Shown piece after piece: positions 61,861 to 64,000 of a stretch of DNA of 64,000 bases (the stretch's first letter is position 1; the number at the start of each line of letters is the position of its first letter). The stretch lies in NCBI GenBank assembly GCA_001643675.2, contig LSRY02000059.1, positions 431,362-495,361 of the forward strand, in the 5' to 3' direction. The DNA is from Monocercomonoides exilis PA203 (Eukaryota > Protista > Preaxostyla). Under the pieces are notes generated by a model. It was not told where the DNA came from. It saw only the letters and a program-made list of their open reading frames with translations, and did no database searches. Position numbers and translations under genes: made by a program.

Positions 61861-64000
61861 CCTGACATTTGCTTTCAAAAATACAATAATAAGGATATTG
61901 GAGTTATATATTGGGGGAAAAAATACTTTTCCCGTTTAGTTTATCTTTTGCAAGAAACCAAAATTTCTGTTTGCTCAATAATGCATGTTTCGATATTCGA
62001 AATCCAACATGTGATTTCTTGAATCTTTGACAGCTTGCCAGATCTGCAATTCGTCTGAAAAGAATTATGAAATATTGCTTCAGCATTCAATCCAGAAACC
62101 TCACCCACGCAGGCAATCCGAACACTTCTGTCGCACCCAAAAATTCAGAAAATGATATTTGACAGATTCAAACTGTCATAAGCACATTTGTCCAAAATAT
62201 AAAATATCAAAAATCCAATGAAATGATGATGCATACGCTATGGAAGAAACTTTGTTGCTTCTGATTGCTGAATGCAGCCGCAAAGTGCAGATGAAAATGA
62301 TTGCAAGTGAAAGCTCAACGAGGGTTCGTTTTCATCGCAGATGCCAAGAAGAAACAGCAAATTGCAGAAATAATATCTGCGGAGTATGGCCAAATTTTTA
62401 TTTTTTAAATTTTGTATAATTTTATTTTCAGTTAATTCAGAATATCGCGCGATATTGAATTATATCATTGCACAACTTCAATAAAGACATGGGGTGGTTT
62501 TTATCCGAACATTTTATTTTTCATAGGCGTATCTCACAAAATAAAACCTAAAAATAGAAAAGGCATATTAAACCAGATTTATATTCCGATTTTATGTTCA
62601 TACAAATTGTTTTTCTTGTCAATTTTTGTTTTTGATGAAGATCTTGGGAATTTTAATTTATTTTTGATCATTTGTTTTGTCCATTTTGGACTATATTTCT
62701 TTTTTGTTTATTTTTAACTACAAGGTCATGAAACATACTCTTTGAAGTTTTATTGTTCCAAATGTTATTTGTTTTTAACTATTTTTCATAAGTTTTCGCA
62801 TTTCATTGTTTTTATCAAAAATGATGAATAAATGAATAATCTAAGCGATGAGATGTTTAAAAGATATTAAGATTTATTTTCTTATTCAATTTGAAAAATA
62901 TAAAAACTCATTTTTGATTCAATTTAACATCACTTATAAGTTAAATCAAAAATGAGTTTTTATATTTTTTCAAATTGAATAAGAAAATAAATCTTAATAT
63001 CTTTTAAACATCTCATCGCTTAGATTATTCATTTATTCATCATTTTTGATAAAACAATGAAACGCGAAAACTCTATGAAAAAATAGTTAAAAACAAATAA
63101 CATTTGGAACAATAAAACTTCAAAGAGTATGTTTCATGACCTTGTAGTTAAAATAAACAAAAGAAATATAGTCCAAAATGGACAAAACAAATGATCAAAA
63201 ATAAATTAAAAATTCCCAAGATCTTCATCAAAAACAAAAATTGACAAGAAAAACAATTTGTATGAACATAAAATCGGAATATAAATCTGGTTTAATATGC
63301 CTTTTCTATTTTTAGGTTTTATTTTGTGAGATACGCCTATGAAAAATAAAATGTTCGGATAAAAACCACCCCATGTCTTTATTGAAGTTGTGCAATGATA
63401 TAATTCAATATCGCGCGATATTCTGAATTAACTGAAAATAAAATTATACAAAATTTAAAAAAACAAAAAATGGCCATACCCGCAGATATTATTTCTGCAA
63501 TTTGCTGTTTCTTCTGGCATCTGCGATGAAAACGAACCCTCGTTGAGCTTTCACTTGCAATCATTTTCATCTGCACTTTGCGGCTGCATTCAGCAATCAG
63601 AAGCAACAAAGTTTCTTCCATAGCGTATGCATCATCATTTCATTGGATTTTTGATATTTTATATTTTGGACAAATGTGCTTATGACAGTTTGAATCTGTC
63701 AAATATCATTTTCTGAATTTTTGGGTGCGACAGAAGTGTTCGGATTGCCTGCGTGGGTGAGGTTTCTGGATTGAATGCTGAAGCAATATTTCATAATTCT
63801 TTTCAGACGAATTGCAGATCTGGCAAGCTGTCAAAGATTCAAGAAATCACATGTTGGATTTCGAATATCGAAACATGCATTATTGAGCAAACAGAAATTT
63901 TGGTTTCTTGCAAAAAGATAAACTAAACGGGAAAAGTATTTTTCCCCCAATATATAACTCCAATATCCTTATTATTGTATTTTTGAAAGCAAATGTCAGG
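61861..64000. repeat. Giant inverted repeat (arms >1 kb, centre ~62930) running to the window edge
   Basis: 61861 cctgacatttgctttc... is mirrored by ...gaaagcaaatgtcagg at 64000. The centre reads aaaactcatttttgatt(caat)ttaac-atcacttataa-gttaaatcaaaaatgagtttt. Confidence 0.95.

Noticed and set aside
63379-63621. 80-aa ORF in the giant inverted repeat
   Set aside because: The mirror copy in the other arm is frameshifted and there is no recognisable domain.

Overview
AT-rich eukaryotic genomic DNA with short GT-AG introns and the standard genetic code (TAA, TAG and TGA all end conserved genes). The poly-Ser-laden proteins and a giant Cys/GGAI-repeat receptor with a degenerate kinase tail resemble an oxymonad such as Monocercomonoides; this is inference only. 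Gene order: 3' end of a triple CCHC zinc-knuckle gene; PA28 proteasome activator; expanded Rad23; a PH-like protein; head-to-head RPL12/RPL9; mago nashi; a divergent XRN1 with an inserted RRM+RGG and a remodelled 5'-end pocket; HGH1 disrupted by stops; a gene-free zone with a Tc1/mariner-like element and foldback MITEs; a ~4800 aa chromatin-reader-like protein (SANT, PHD, AT-hook, probable EVE); a micro-exon-rich Ser/Thr kinase; and a ~2600 aa receptor pseudokinase. That receptor is split by a complete DIRS-type tyrosine-recombinase retrotransposon (ITRs, ICR, RT/RNase H/adenine MTase, atypical YR) whose precise removal restores the host frame. The window ends in an inverted repeat of more than 2 kb. 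Several frameshifts sit in homopolymer runs, so assembly errors are likely.
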